A stretch of DNA of 63,875 bases, the filler included, from Blastocystis sp. subtype 4 (Eukaryota): NCBI RefSeq assembly GCF_000743755.1. It is 51 parts of 51 records of this genome, joined end to end, with 100 filler letters (N's around TTAATTAATTAA, not from the genome) between each part and the next. Parts side by side here need not be neighbours in the genome. Positions count along the whole stretch, not along the records: positions 14,106 to 15,208 come from NW_014568593.1; positions 15,309 to 16,410 come from NW_014568592.1; positions 16,511 to 17,658 come from NW_014568590.1; positions 17,759 to 18,850 come from NW_014568589.1; positions 18,951 to 20,042 come from NW_014568588.1; positions 20,143 to 21,230 come from NW_014568587.1; positions 21,331 to 22,418 come from NW_014568586.1; positions 22,519 to 23,604 come from NW_014568585.1; 43 more parts are not named here. One strand, written 5' to 3'. Below the pieces are notes generated by a model. That model was given only the letters and a program-made list of their open reading frames with translations, was not told the origin of the DNA and searched no databases. Made by a program: the position numbers and the translations under genes. Of the stretch, positions 14,006-27,293 are shown piece after piece (the first letter of the stretch is position 1; every line of letters begins with the position of its first letter).

Positions 14006-14105
14006 NNNNNNNNNNNNNNNNNNNNNNNNNNNNNNNNNNNNNNNNNNNNTTAATTAATTAANNNNNNNNNNNNNNNNNNNNNNNNNNNNNNNNNNNNNNN
14101 NNNNN

Positions 14106-15209
14106 TCAGAGGTGTTGAATATGAATTGTTGAATGAAGTGATTATTGGTGAGAATAGTCTGAGTTCATTGAGTCATTCGTGAGGAATTGAGTGTTGATTG
14201 ATGATTAGATACACAGTGAATAATCGTAATACCTTGTTGAGTATTCCTTGGGATGTAACTGCACTGACTGTAACTGCCAATTCATGTAATGATAATACCA
14301 TAAATGTGGTTGATTTGAGTTCATTCAAGTTTCTTCGAAGGGTTGTAATTGGTAAAGACTGTTTCAAGTATGTTCAGTTATTGTCGATAGTGGGACTCAA
14401 TTGGCTTGAATCAGTCAGTATTGGCACTTACAGTTTTTGGGTTGGTAGTAGTTCTTCTTTGAAGGACAGTGAGTTGAAGATTGTGAATTGTCCACAATTG
14501 AAGAGTTTGAATATCGGAGGTCGTTCATTTGATCGATACAATGGATTTGAATTGTCTCAGTTGCCTCAACTGAAATCTGTTGTAATAGATAGTGATTTTA
14601 GTTTTCGATATGTTCCTAATGTGGTATTCAGAGGTATGAATGATGGAAGAGATGGATTGTAGACTTGCCATCATTGGAGACTATTGATTTAGGATCTAAT
14701 GCCTTCCAGAATACAGAATATGTAGTATTTGAAAGTATGTGATAATAGGAATTGAACATATCAGATCTTCCTAAGTTGACAGTGTTACAGTTAGGGAATT
14801 ATTGTTTGGTTGGTTCGACTTCTACAAAGACAACTGACATTAGTCCCTATTACTATAAGAATACTCTTATCATGAGGAGTATGTATGTTAACAGTTCTAA
14901 TCATCAGATCTACCATCTTTGACAACATTAAGCATTAGATATGATAGTGTATTTGGGAATATGGGTTTTGTAACATTAGAAAGTATCACATTTGGAAGTA
15001 TCAAACAATAGATGTTCGATCACCTCTCACTATTGAAGGATCTAGTTCTTATCATTTCCAATACACTCACACTCTTGAAGTGAATAGTTGATGATTGGAT
15101 TGTTGATTGAGATGTAGATGCATCTAGTCTTGCTCAGTTGATATCATCCAGAAGTGTTTATGTGAAAGCAACAGGTGAAGTGATTGATCTCAGTTCAATT
15201 CCATTATCN
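14106..15209 (+). CDS. Variable LRR protein family A, partial
   Basis: LxxLxIGxxSF repeats; spliced through 29-31-nt introns; the ORF-track Met lies inside an intron; paralogs at 26110, 43652, 53335. Confidence 0.8.
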
Positions 15210-15308
15210 NNNNNNNNNNNNNNNNNNNNNNNNNNNNNNNNNNNNNNNNNNNTTAATTAATTAANNNNNNNNNNNNNNNNNNNNNNNNNNNNNNNNNNNN
15301 NNNNNNNN

Positions 15309-15900
15309 ATACACTCTCTTTCAAGTACTCTTTCCACTTCATTCTCCATTCTACTCCATTCATCTTCTTTGATATTGATTCAACATTATCTACTTTCATT
15401 CTCTTATTATCACTCATTAATCCTCGAATATGATCTATCTGTTCAACATTACCTGTTGCTAATTCACGGGAATCAATTCAATTCATCAATCTCTCATTTC
15501 AGCAATACCAGAAATACTCCATAATTTGATATCATTCAAACCGCGGGAATCATCTCTATTCTCATATCATATCAATACTAATTCTGTCATCATTCATACC
15601 ACAATTCGGATCTCCAATTACGCCATTCCACATTAGCCCATTTCATTCATTTCACTCCACTTCACTTACATTCATATCTCACTATTCTACTATATTCTAC
15701 TATCATCTCTTCATTCCTATTCAGTATTACTGAATACAATCACGGGAATATCAATCTCATCATTCATTACTCATATCATTCATTTCTTATTTCCATTTAT
15801 ATCTACACTCTCATATCATATCACATGTCAATCACTGTCAATCACATAAGTTGGTATCGTACATTAAGTAATGTCTGTTTCTTACAACATTATTTATTTG
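15309..15900 (+). promoter_or_regulatory. Conserved upstream region of the variable surface protein family
   Basis: Reverse-complement match to 1832-2385 and 25426-26009; C(A/G)CGGGAAT at 15465, 15542 and 15741. Confidence 0.5.
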
Positions 15901-15902
15901 AT

Positions 15903-16410
15903 ATGATTGTTGTTGATTGTAGTATCAATCATCTCATTCTATTCTTCACATTCTGTTTCATTCTTCATTCTACTCTCATTTCTAGTTATCCTTTCTTACT
16001 CTATTCAATGTTCATCTAATCAACATTATGTTAAGATCACTAAGATGACTACATATTATGCTTCTGAAGAGTCATTTGAGATTGTTTCTGGTTCTTCTGT
16101 TCTGTTCACTTCTCCTTCATTCGATGATGATCAACAATATGTGTATGAAGTCTGTTTGAATGCTTCTTCTAATCATATCTTCAATCTCGTTATGAGGGAT
16201 TCAAATGGTGATTATTGGTCTTCAGGTGCTTGGATTGAGATAGAAGGAATGAATGGAAACATTGTGTACAAGGGAATGATGACTGAAGGGAGGGTTCAAA
16301 CAGAACAGTTTTCTTTGTATTCTCCTATCAACAAGAATGATAGTTGGAAGTACACAAACAGTGTTTCAGACAATTGGAAGGATGTGAGTTATTCAGATGT
16401 TGATTGGAGT
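15903..16410 (+). CDS. Variable surface protein N-terminal module, partial
   Basis: Homolog of 1261-1800. Confidence 0.7.
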
Positions 16411-16510
16411 NNNNNNNNNNNNNNNNNNNNNNNNNNNNNNNNNNNNNNNNNNNNTTAATTAATTAANNNNNNNNNNNNNNNNNNNNNNNNNNNNNNNNNN
16501 NNNNNNNNNN

Positions 16511-17658
16511 GGGAATGATCCTCTAGCAGCCTGAGACCAACCTGATGTATCATCACCAAACCAATTGGTAGGCACTTCACCCATCTTATAATACCATTGT
16601 TCTGAATCCTTGATAGAAGGACGACGAACATAATGATGTTGAACATTACTTTCATAACCATCACATCGTCCTTTCAGAACAATCTCCTCTTCACCATCAG
16701 GCAACAGAACATACAATCGATAATAGGAATCGTAATAAGAATAAAATGAGAAGGTGAGATCAAATCGATCTACAGTAATACACAGATAATGAGTTTCTAA
16801 TCCAACTGATTCTTTAGAATGATCTGTTTGAATGTGAAAGAGGATACTCTCATTGGATGTATCACGAATAGTGATATGCTCACTCCCGTAACCATAATAT
16901 AGAGCCATGTCAATTCTGTAGACACTTCCATAACATTGAATGAATGTGAGATTGAGAATAGATTGAATGGGAGGAGTGACCATTGTTGATGTGACAGTAT
17001 ACTGTTGTGAACCGAGAGAATGAGATACACCAGAGATGATACAAGTGTTGGGATCAATACTCATTCCATCAGGAAGTGAAGGCTGAATCGAACAATCACT
17101 GTATCCATATTGAATCGGACTAATAGAAATCTGTTCATAATCCTTGTAGAATGAGTATTCTGTTTCAAGATACTCAATACTACTCACAGAAGGACGATTA
17201 CAAACAAGAAATTGAAGCTGTGATAAGCGAACTGCATCAGGATAGAATAATGAATGAATAGTGAATCGAAGAAGAGGATATCTGTGAGGAAGAGAAACAA
17301 GATCAAACTGTTTCCATTCAATTGATGTGTAAACAACATTGGATGGAGAGAGAATCATGTTCCAAGAGTCATCAGTTGATACAGATCCTTCAATAGAGAA
17401 TGAAGAAGGGTCACCGTAAGTCCATATTCGATAAGAATTGATGAGTGGGACAGAAGAATCAGAGAAATCAAACATCATCGAACTCGGTAGATTCGTGGCC
17501 ATTCCAGATGTCTCACGGTATCTCCAATCAATAATAGAACTAGGATCATAAAAGTCTGAAGAAGAGGCAGTAACATTATAAGGATAAACGAAGCAATTGT
17601 TGGTTGAAGTCATTCCAGCCAATAGAGATAAGAATCCATTGAATTGAATGATCTCTTC
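16511..17658 (-). CDS. Variable surface protein central module, copy 5, partial
   Basis: Open ORF homologous to 3764-4877. Confidence 0.75.
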
Positions 17659-17758
17659 NNNNNNNNNNNNNNNNNNNNNNNNNNNNNNNNNNNNNNNNNN
17701 NNTTAATTAATTAANNNNNNNNNNNNNNNNNNNNNNNNNNNNNNNNNNNNNNNNNNNN

Positions 17759-18850
17759 ACCCATCTTATAATACCATTGTTCTGAATGATTGATAGAAGG
17801 ACGACGAACATAATGATGATGAACATTATTCTGATCAGCATCATATCGTCCTTTCACTACCATCTCCTCTTCGCCATCAGGTAACACAGCATACATGTAA
17901 TAATATGAACCAGGAGACCAATAGGTAGAAGTGGAATAGAAGGTGACATCAAATCGATCAACATTGATACACAGATAATGAATCCACTTAACAAGCTTAG
18001 GATGTGAATGACCTGAATTGATCTGATAGATAATACTCTCATTAGATGTATCACGAATACTGAAATACTCTTTCCAAGGATAGTCCATATATGTTCGTTC
18101 AATCCTATAGACGCTTCCAGAACAGTGAATGAATGTGAGATTGAGAATAGATTGAATGGGAGGAGTGACCATTGTTGATGTGACAGTATACTGTTGTGAA
18201 CCAAGAGAATGAGATACACCAGAGATGATACAAGTGTTGGGATCAATACTCATTCCATCAGGAAGTGAAGGCTGAATCGAACAATCACTGAATCCATATT
18301 GAATCGGACTAATAGAGATATAATAATCCTTGTAGAATGAGTATTCTGTTTCAGGATACTCAATACTACTCACAGAACGATTACAAATAAGGAACTGAAG
18401 TCTTGATAAGCTAACATTATCACCATAGTAAGGGGAATGAACAGTGAATCGAAGAAGAGGATATCTGTGAGGAAGAGAAACAAGATCAAACTGATTCCAC
18501 TCAGCTGTTGTGTAACCAACATTGAATGGAGAGAGAATCATGTTCCAAGAGTCATCAGTTGATACAGATCCTTCAATAGAGAATGAAGAAGGAGAAAGCT
18601 GAGGATAATTAGAAGGCCATAATCGATAAGAATTGATGAGTGGAATAGAAGAACCAGAGAAATCAAACATCATCCAACTAGGTAGATTCTCAATATACGT
18701 ATATGAACGATAACTCCAATCAACAACACCACTAGGATCATCTATGTCAGTAGAAGAGGCAGTAACATTATAAGGATAAACGAAGCAATTGTTGGTTGAA
18801 GTCATTCCAGCCAATAGAGATAAGAATCCATTGAATTGAATGATCTCTTC
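17759..18850 (-). CDS. Variable surface protein central module, copy 6, partial
   Basis: Open ORF homologous to 3764-4877. Confidence 0.75.
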
Positions 18851-18950
18851 NNNNNNNNNNNNNNNNNNNNNNNNNNNNNNNNNNNNNNNNNNNNTTAATT
18901 AATTAANNNNNNNNNNNNNNNNNNNNNNNNNNNNNNNNNNNNNNNNNNNN

Positions 18951-19934
18951 GTGTTACAAATGATCCAGTAGAAGAAACAGAGAATAAAGGAAGAGCATAC
19001 AAATCATTGAATGGTGTAGGAGGATTTCGAACTCAAGCAGTTAGTTGTGATAAGTTGCGTGCTGTTAGAACAAAGAGATTGGCATTGTAGCATGATATTG
19101 TTTTGTTGTTGTTTGACTTTGTGTGTTCGTTTAGTCATTTGAACATGCCAGGAGTTCGTATGAGTGATTTGCGTTCGGTTCAGTTTGATGTGTGTGATGG
19201 TGATGATGAAGTAGTATCAATCGCTTCAGACATCTATACCAACATCCGTTTGAGTGTGAACGGAAGGTTTAAGTTAAACAGCATTAACTGGAAGGTTTAA
19301 GGTGCTATGCAGTTGCTCCGCAACTCGCTGATAAGTTGATGTTAGATTCTTTTCATTTTGAATCGATTAATCAATTCACCGTATTCACTTTGTATATGTA
19401 AGGAACAAACAAGTGAATACGGTGAATTCACCAATGATTGATGGATTTCTCAAAGATCGACAACCAAACCACTATAAAGGGTGTCGATATTATGGTCTGG
19501 GTGTCGATAATTGTTGAATAAACGATCTAAAAGAATGGTTGGTGAATAGTTTTATGGGGATTTTAGTGTTTTCTGGGTGTCGATGATGAGGCTAGCGTGT
19601 CGATAATTATGAAAATGATCTTAGAAAAGTGAAAAGAATTGGAGTATTCACCAATTCACTTCATTTCTCAAAAGTCTTTAAAGATCGACACCCAAACCCA
19701 TTTATCGATACCCAGATAACAATCATGGTATTATTGAGACATTACTTACAAACCATCTCCCGTATTTCTATTCAGTTATCTGAACATCAAAAATAGACCA
19801 TATTTTTGCACAGATTTAGCGGTTGTTCGTCACCCTGTTTACTTAACCATTTTTGCACATATTTATTGCGTCAGCTCAAGGAGGTGTGGCACTTGCGCCT
19901 CGCCCTCCGCAGAGCACGCATGGACTCAGGGCTC
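18951..19934 (+). mobile_element. Terminal segment of an unclassified element: ORF end, small ORF (MPGVRMSDLRS..), iteron-like repeats and GC-hairpin terminus
   Basis: Small ORF also at 29480-29578 (-); 19838-19934 matches 55343-55441 and 57790-57888 with unrelated flanks beyond ...CAGGSCTC. Confidence 0.55.
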
Positions 19935-20142
19935 TCAGAATACCATCATTGTTTTGTTGATTCATTCTCTGTGGAGGAATGGCTTCAGGGTTTAATTGAA
20001 TTGGAGAATTTGAGTTCATTGTTTCTTCTGCATTCTCAGATGNNNNNNNNNNNNNNNNNNNNNNNNNNNNNNNNNNNNNNNNNNNNTTAATTAATTAANN
20101 NNNNNNNNNNNNNNNNNNNNNNNNNNNNNNNNNNNNNNNNNN

Positions 20143-21230
20143 AGATTCAAATCATGAAGAGATCATTCAATTCAATGGATTCTTATCTCTATTGGCTGGA
20201 ATGACTTCAACCAACAATTGCTTCGTTTATCCTTATCCTATTACTGCCTCTTCTACTGACTTTGATGATCCTAGTCGTGCTATTGATTGGAATAATAATT
20301 GGTCTATGTATCCAAAAAGTGTTCCAGGTTCAATGATGTTTGATTTCTCTGGTTCTTCTATTCCACTCATCAATTCTTATCGAATGAAGTTGTCTGGTCA
20401 GGGTTTTAAAGTATTCACTCTAGAAGGAGCCATCTCCACTACTTCAACATGGGTAACATTGAATTCTAAAGCCATTAACACAGATAGTGGATGGAATCAG
20501 TGGAATGTAGTGAATCCATCACAGTATCCATTGTTGAAGTTCACTGTTCAATCATCTGGTGGACTATATGAAATGCAGTTTCTTATCTGTAATCGTCTTT
20601 CTCAAGCGATCGATTATCCTGAGACACAGTATTCGTTTTTTTGTTACTATGAACAAGTCAACATTGCTCCCATTTCAATTGATTTCTTTGGTTGTTCAAT
20701 CTCACCTGCTCTTCCTGATGGAATGAGTATTGATCCCAACACTTGTATTATTTCTGGAACATCGACTGTTGCATCTCCGATGACTTCCTATCATGTAACA
20801 GCTCAAAAAGGAATAACTCAGATTCAAACATCCATCAGTATTGCTTTCACCGAATGTACTGGTGCCTATTACAAGATTGTTCGAACTTACAAGACTAGTC
20901 CTCAGGACGAGTATTTCCGAATTCGTGATTTATCCAATGATGACATTCTTTTTGAGGTTCAATCTGGTCATTCACATCCTACCAATACTGATTGGACATA
21001 TTATCTCTGTATCAATGTTGATCGATTTGATGTTTCATTCTATTCCACTTCTACCTATTGGTCATCTGGCTCCTATTTCTATTTGTATCACATGTTGCCT
21101 GAAGGAGAAGAGGAGATGGTTGTGAAAGGACGATATGATGCAAATCAAGGTAATACTCATATCCATTATGTTCGTCGTCCTTCTATCAATCATTCAGAAC
21201 AGTGGTATTATAAGATGGGTGAAGTGCCTA
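20143..21230 (+). CDS. Variable surface protein central module, copy 7 (chimeric), partial
   Basis: 5' end matches the main subfamily; the remainder resembles 12902-14005. Confidence 0.75.
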
Positions 21231-21534
21231 NNNNNNNNNNNNNNNNNNNNNNNNNNNNNNNNNNNNNNNNNNNNTTAATTAATTAANNNNNNNNNNNNNN
21301 NNNNNNNNNNNNNNNNNNNNNNNNNNNNNNGGAAATGATTAAAGTATATTCATAACTGGGTCTCAATAGTTAATGGTGACAGGAATGAGAGAATAGAAAC
21401 TCTCTTAATACAATAAGAATGTATCTGATGCTGAAAGCCTCATATCATTGGATAAACAAATCAGCTTTCAGTAGATGATTCATTTTAGTCTTTATTATAT
21501 CGTATGTAATGTTTGAGTAAGATAATAGAGATAG

Positions 21535-22325
21535 ATGGAAGAATTGAAAAGGGTTCAAGAGGAACTTGTGTTTGCTAAAGCAGATGCCAAAGTACTGAAA
21601 CAGAAACTGGAGATGACAGAAGGACAGTTCAATCAACTAGCAACTGAATATGCCACTTTCAGATACAGTGTTAGTCAAAGTGATTGGCAAAGAACAATCA
21701 ATGAAAAAGATGCTATGATTACATATCTTCAAAACAAGCTTCAGAGTGCAGAGGATGAAGTGAACGCATTCTTACAGAGAAGACAAGCAATGCATGATGA
21801 AGAGATAAGGAAGAAGACAAAAGAAATAGCGGATTTACGATCAAAACAATTGGATCAACAAATTAGAGACAAAGAAGATCATTTCAATCAACTATCACAG
21901 AAAGATGATGAGATCTTGCTAATATCCAAGAAGAACTGAGGAAGGTGAAGAAAGAGGCCAAATTGAGTCTACACAATGCTAACGACAAAGCATTAAACAA
22001 GGAACTACAATTGGCTGATAATCTCACCAAATTCAAACGCGTTACATGGTCTCTACTTGAAAAGGTATTGATCTCATATGAGAATACAATGCTCTATATT
22101 GATAATGTTGAGAATGCTGTGAAAGATTGTCAGATAATTGTTAATACATTGATGGATGATACAGGAAATCTAATCAAGACAAGATTTGATCGAGTACCTG
22201 TTCCTAATGTTAAGGAAAGTCAAGTTAGTGTGAAACAATTCAAGAATAAGTACCTGAAAGATATTGATCAAGAGGTTCAAATGATGAAGAGTAAGTATCA
22301 AAGTGAATTCAGTTCTACTAATTAA
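21535..22325 (+). CDS. Intronless coiled-coil protein, frameshifted near 21915 (pseudogene or sequence error)
   Basis: Heptad E/K/Q-rich ORFs 21535-21939 and 21945-22325; the alternate frame continues QEELRKVKKEAK. Confidence 0.45.
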
Positions 22326-22721
22326 TCCCAATAGAATTTCACTTTGATTGTTTTGTATGTTCTTCCATGTGTATTTGATCCTGCTATACGATCATGTTGA
22401 TTCAATACCTTCTTCACANNNNNNNNNNNNNNNNNNNNNNNNNNNNNNNNNNNNNNNNNNNNTTAATTAATTAANNNNNNNNNNNNNNNNNNNNNNNNNN
22501 NNNNNNNNNNNNNNNNNNTCATTAACTGAATGAAGTCAGTTGTGATTGTGGGATCCCAAATCTGAGTATTCTTAGTTATCTAATGAGTATTGATGGATAC
22601 TAGAAACAAAATCTGTGTTTACTGATAATGATTGTTCGTATAGAATCAATTGAATCGAGTTCTTTTCCTCCTAACAGCTTCTTCTCTCTAAACTCTCAAC
22701 AAACATATAGCAAGCTCAAAA

Positions 22722-23604
22722 TCAATCAATGTTAACAGTACGGGTAAGATCAGGTCGTGCTGCTCGCCAAGCACACAACAATCGTTCAGGGAGTAGTTCC
22801 TCTTCCTTACATTCGATAACCAGCGCAAGATCGACAACAATCTTCTTGGCCTGTTTCAGACCCATCTCCACAGACTATTCATCATTTCCTTCCACAAAAC
22901 GTACATTCGAAATGAACTTATCAGCAGTTACATCAATCATTTGTTCACAGTATCCCTCACCACGATATGTGTACTGAGGCAACTTGTGACCAATGATTGT
23001 AGGCACATTTCCAATCAGTTTGCGGACAAACCAAGGTCCTGTTGGGCAACGAGCAATCATCTTCAGACGATCATTTCGGAACTTATCATCTTCCTCCAGA
23101 TATCGTTTCCAAAGAGCAGCCACATGAGGAGAAATCTCTTCAAGATTCTCAGGAACCTCGAAATAACTGAGCATACTCACATAAGTTCCCTTGTACTTCA
23201 CCTAGATATGAAATCAATCCTTCAACAATACCATGATGTTGTAAACATAAATGAAACCCTTGTATCCCTGAGCACGAAGCTTCTGAACCAGAGATACTGG
23301 ACGCTGACTAAAGTGATTCATCTTTGTCTTGGAATTGACCAATTCACAACACAGACATTTGAACACACATTCCTCTGACATAATCTTCTTTCTGTCCTTC
23401 AGATAATTCGGTCCACGGATCTTGAATTCTCTCCTGTCAATCCTATCCAACAATCCTCTCCTTTCACTGGATCATCTGCCTATTCATCATCATTCCATCA
23501 GATATTCACAATCTTCCAATGTGTGGGATACTTCTCCAAGTCGAAATAGGATTTGGGATAAACACCAGAGCCAATGTCCACAGGAGATAGTTCAGTACTA
23601 GTCT
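22722..23604 (-). CDS. EDR2 C-terminal (DUF1336) domain protein, 5' truncated
   Basis: FKIRGPNYLKDRKK..RLKMIARC..GPWFVR..PTIIG..DLALVIE..EELPERLL; short introns; TGTTTGTT downstream of the stop. Confidence 0.8.
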
Positions 23605-23704
23605 NNNNNNNNNNNNNNNNNNNNNNNNNNNNNNNNNNNNNNNNNNNNTTAATTAATTAANNNNNNNNNNNNNNNNNNNNNNNNNNNNNNNNNNNNNNNN
23701 NNNN

Positions 23705-24790
23705 CCAACCTGATGTATCATCACCAAACCAATTGGTAGGCACTTCACCCATCTTATAATACCATTGTTCTGAATGATTGATAGAAGGACGACGAACATA
23801 ATGGATATGAGTATTACCTTGATTCGCATCATATTTTCCTTTCAGAACCATCTCTTGCTCACCATCAGGTAGCAAAAAGTACATTTGATAATGAATAATA
23901 CTAACAGCTTGGTATGTGAAGGTGACATCAAATCGATCTACAGTGATACAAAGATAATGAGTCTCAAATCCACTTGATCCCTGAGAATGACCTGGTTGAA
24001 TCTGATAGAGAATACTATCATCAGATGTGTCACGAATAGTGATTTGATCATTTCCTGAACTGTCAAGAATTACCTGATCAATCTTATAGACGCTTCCAGA
24101 ACATTGAATGAAAGTGAGATTGAGAATAGATTGAATGGGAGGAGTGACCATTGTTGATGTGACAGTATACTGTTGTGAACCGAGAGAATGAGATACACCA
24201 GAGATGATACAAATCACTGTATCCATATTGAATCGGACTAATAGAGATCTGTTCATAATCCTTGTAGAATGAGTATTCTGTTTCAAGATACTCAATACTA
24301 CTCACAGGACGATTACAAACAAGGAATTGAAGTTCATTCAGTTCAAATCTATTACCACCATAAGATGAATGAATAGTGAATCGAAGAAGAGGATATCTGT
24401 GAAGAGAAACAAGATCAAACTGTTTCCATTCATATGATGATGTATAACCAACATTGGATGGAGAGAGAATCATGTTCCAAGAGTCATCAGTTGATACAGA
24501 TCCTTCAATAGAGAATGAAGAAGGAGATAATGTAGCATCCCCAGAGAACAATCGATAAGAATTGATGAGTGGAATAGAAGAACCAGAGAAATCAAACATC
24601 ATTGAAAGTGGGAGAATCGTTGACATACCTGTACAATCCCAATCAACAGCATAACTAGGATCATAAAAGTCTGAAGAATAGGCAGTAACATGATAAGGAT
24701 AAACGAAGCAATTGTTGGTTGAGTTCATTCCAGCCAATAGAGATAAGAATCCATTGAATTGAATGATCTCTTCATGATTTGAATCTGTGA
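23705..24790 (-). pseudogene. Variable surface protein central module, copy 8, with a 50-nt frameshifting deletion in the Ig domain
   Basis: Homolog split into ORFs 24084-24737 and 23657-24295; deletion junction near 24212. Confidence 0.7.
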
Positions 24791-24890
24791 NNNNNNNNNN
24801 NNNNNNNNNNNNNNNNNNNNNNNNNNNNNNNNNNTTAATTAATTAANNNNNNNNNNNNNNNNNNNNNNNNNNNNNNNNNNNNNNNNNNNN

Positions 24891-25387
24891 GATTATCATT
24901 GAATGAATTGGTATTCCAAAGAGAATGATAACTATCACTGTATCTCCAAGTATCATTCTTATTGATAGGAGAATACAAACCAAATTGATTACTCTCTTCA
25001 CTTCCTCGAACCATAGTGTTCTTGAAGATAGTATTATCATTGATATCATTCATTGAGATCCATCCACTCTGCCATCCATCACCATATGAATCTTTCATGA
25101 TAAGAGTGTAGATATGATTAGAAGAAGCACTCAAACAGACTTCATACACATGGACTTGATTGTTTGAGAATGAAGGAGAAGAGAATAGAACAGAAGAACC
25201 AGAAACAATCTCAAATGACTCTTCAGAAGCCCAATTACCAGTCTTCTTAGTGATCTTAACATAATGTTGATTAGATGAACATTGAATAGAGTAAGAAAGG
25301 ATAACTATAAATGAGAGTAGAATGAAGAATGAAACAGAATGTGAAGAATAGAATGAGATGATTGATACTACAATCAACAACAATCAT
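24891..25387 (-). CDS. Variable surface protein N-terminal module, partial
   Basis: Homolog of 1261-1800. Confidence 0.7.
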
Positions 25388-26109
25388 ATGAAACAATTAG
25401 TGATGAAGAAATAAATGGATGAGAATTAATGAAATGATAACAAATTGATGTGATTGGGAGTGAGTGAGAAAGTGATTGACATGAATTGTGAGATATGAAT
25501 AGAATTGATATGGTATGAGAGTGTAGATATAAATGGAAATAAGAAATGAATGATATGAGTAATGAATGATGAGAATGACATTCCCGTGATTGTATTCAGT
25601 AATATTGAATAGGAATGAAGAGATGATAGTAGAATATAGTAGAATAGTGAGATATGAATGAAAGTGAATGTTGATTGAAATGAATGAAATGGGCTAATGT
25701 GGAATGGCGTATTTGGGGATCCGAATTGTGGTACGAATGATGACAGAATTAGTAATGATATGAGAATAGAGATGATTCCCACGGTTTGAATGATATCAAA
25801 TTATGGAGTATTTGTGGTATTGCTGAAATGAGTGATTGATGAATTGAATTGATTCCCGTGAATGAGTAACAAGGTAATGTTGAACAGAAAGATCATATTG
25901 ATTTCTTGATTGATGATAAGAGAATGAAAGTAGATAATGTTGAATCAATATCAAAGAAGATGAATGGAGTAGAATGGAGAATGAAGTGGAAAGAGTACTT
26001 GAAAGAGAGNNNNNNNNNNNNNNNNNNNNNNNNNNNNNNNNNNNNNNNNNNNNTTAATTAATTAANNNNNNNNNNNNNNNNNNNNNNNNNNNNNNNNNNN
26101 NNNNNNNNN

Positions 26110-27193
26110 ACTTGAGAATAATCCTCAAACCTCAGATCCTCAACTGATAATGGAATTGAACTGAGATCAATCACTTCACCTGTTGCTTTCACATAAACAC
26201 TTTTGGATAATATCAACTGAGCAAGACTAGATGCATCTACATATCAATCAACAATACAATCATCAACTATTCACTTCAACAGTATGAGTGTATTGGAAAT
26301 GATAAGAACCATAGTCTTCAATAGTGAGAGGTGATCTAACATCTATTGTTTGATAGTTCCAAATGTGATACTTTCTAACCTTACAAAACCCATATTCTCA
26401 AACACATCATCACTAATGCTTAATGTTCCCAAAGATGGTAGATCTGATGATTAGAACTGTTAACATACATACTCCTCATGATAAGAGTATTCTTATAGTA
26501 ATAGGGAATTACATCAATTGTCTTTGTAGAAGTCGAACCAACCAAGCTCTCTCGCTGTAATCGTAACACTGTCAACTTAGGAAGATCTGATATGTTCAAT
26601 TCCTATTACCACATACTTTCAAATACTACATATTCTGCATTCCTGAAGACATAAGATTCTAAATTGATGCTTCCCAATGATGGCAAGTCTACAATCCATC
26701 TCTTTCATCATTCATACCTCTGAATACTGCATTACGAGCATATTGAAAACCATGTCCATAACCATAACTACTAGCTATTGTTACAGATATCAGTTGAGAT
26801 AACTGAGACAATTCAAATCCATTGTATCGACCAAATGAACGACCTCCAATACTCAAACTCTTCAATTGTGGACAATTCACAATCTTGAACTCACTGCCCT
26901 CCCATAATGAACCGTCACTCCCAAAACTGTATTCACCAATCCTGACTGATTCAAGCCAATTGAGTCCCACTATCGAGAATAACTGAACATACTGGAAACA
27001 GCTGTTACCAATCACAACACTTCGAAGAAACTTGAATGAACTCAAATCAACCACATATATGTTATTATCATTACATGAACTGGCAGTTACAGTTAGTGCA
27101 GTTACATACCAAGGAATACTCAACAAGGTATTGCGATTATTCACTGTGTATCTAGTCATCAATCAACACTCAATTCCTCACGAATGACTCAAT
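26110..27193 (-). CDS. Variable LRR protein family A, partial
   Basis: Homolog of 14106-15209 with the same intron positions. Confidence 0.8.
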
Positions 27194-27293
27194 NNNNNNN
27201 NNNNNNNNNNNNNNNNNNNNNNNNNNNNNNNNNNNNNTTAATTAATTAANNNNNNNNNNNNNNNNNNNNNNNNNNNNNNNNNNNNNNNNNNNN

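Noticed and set aside
14198..14210. MM start and GMNDGRDGL* end of the LRR ORFs in the track
   Set aside because: Both fall inside GT-AG introns; the genes extend on both sides.
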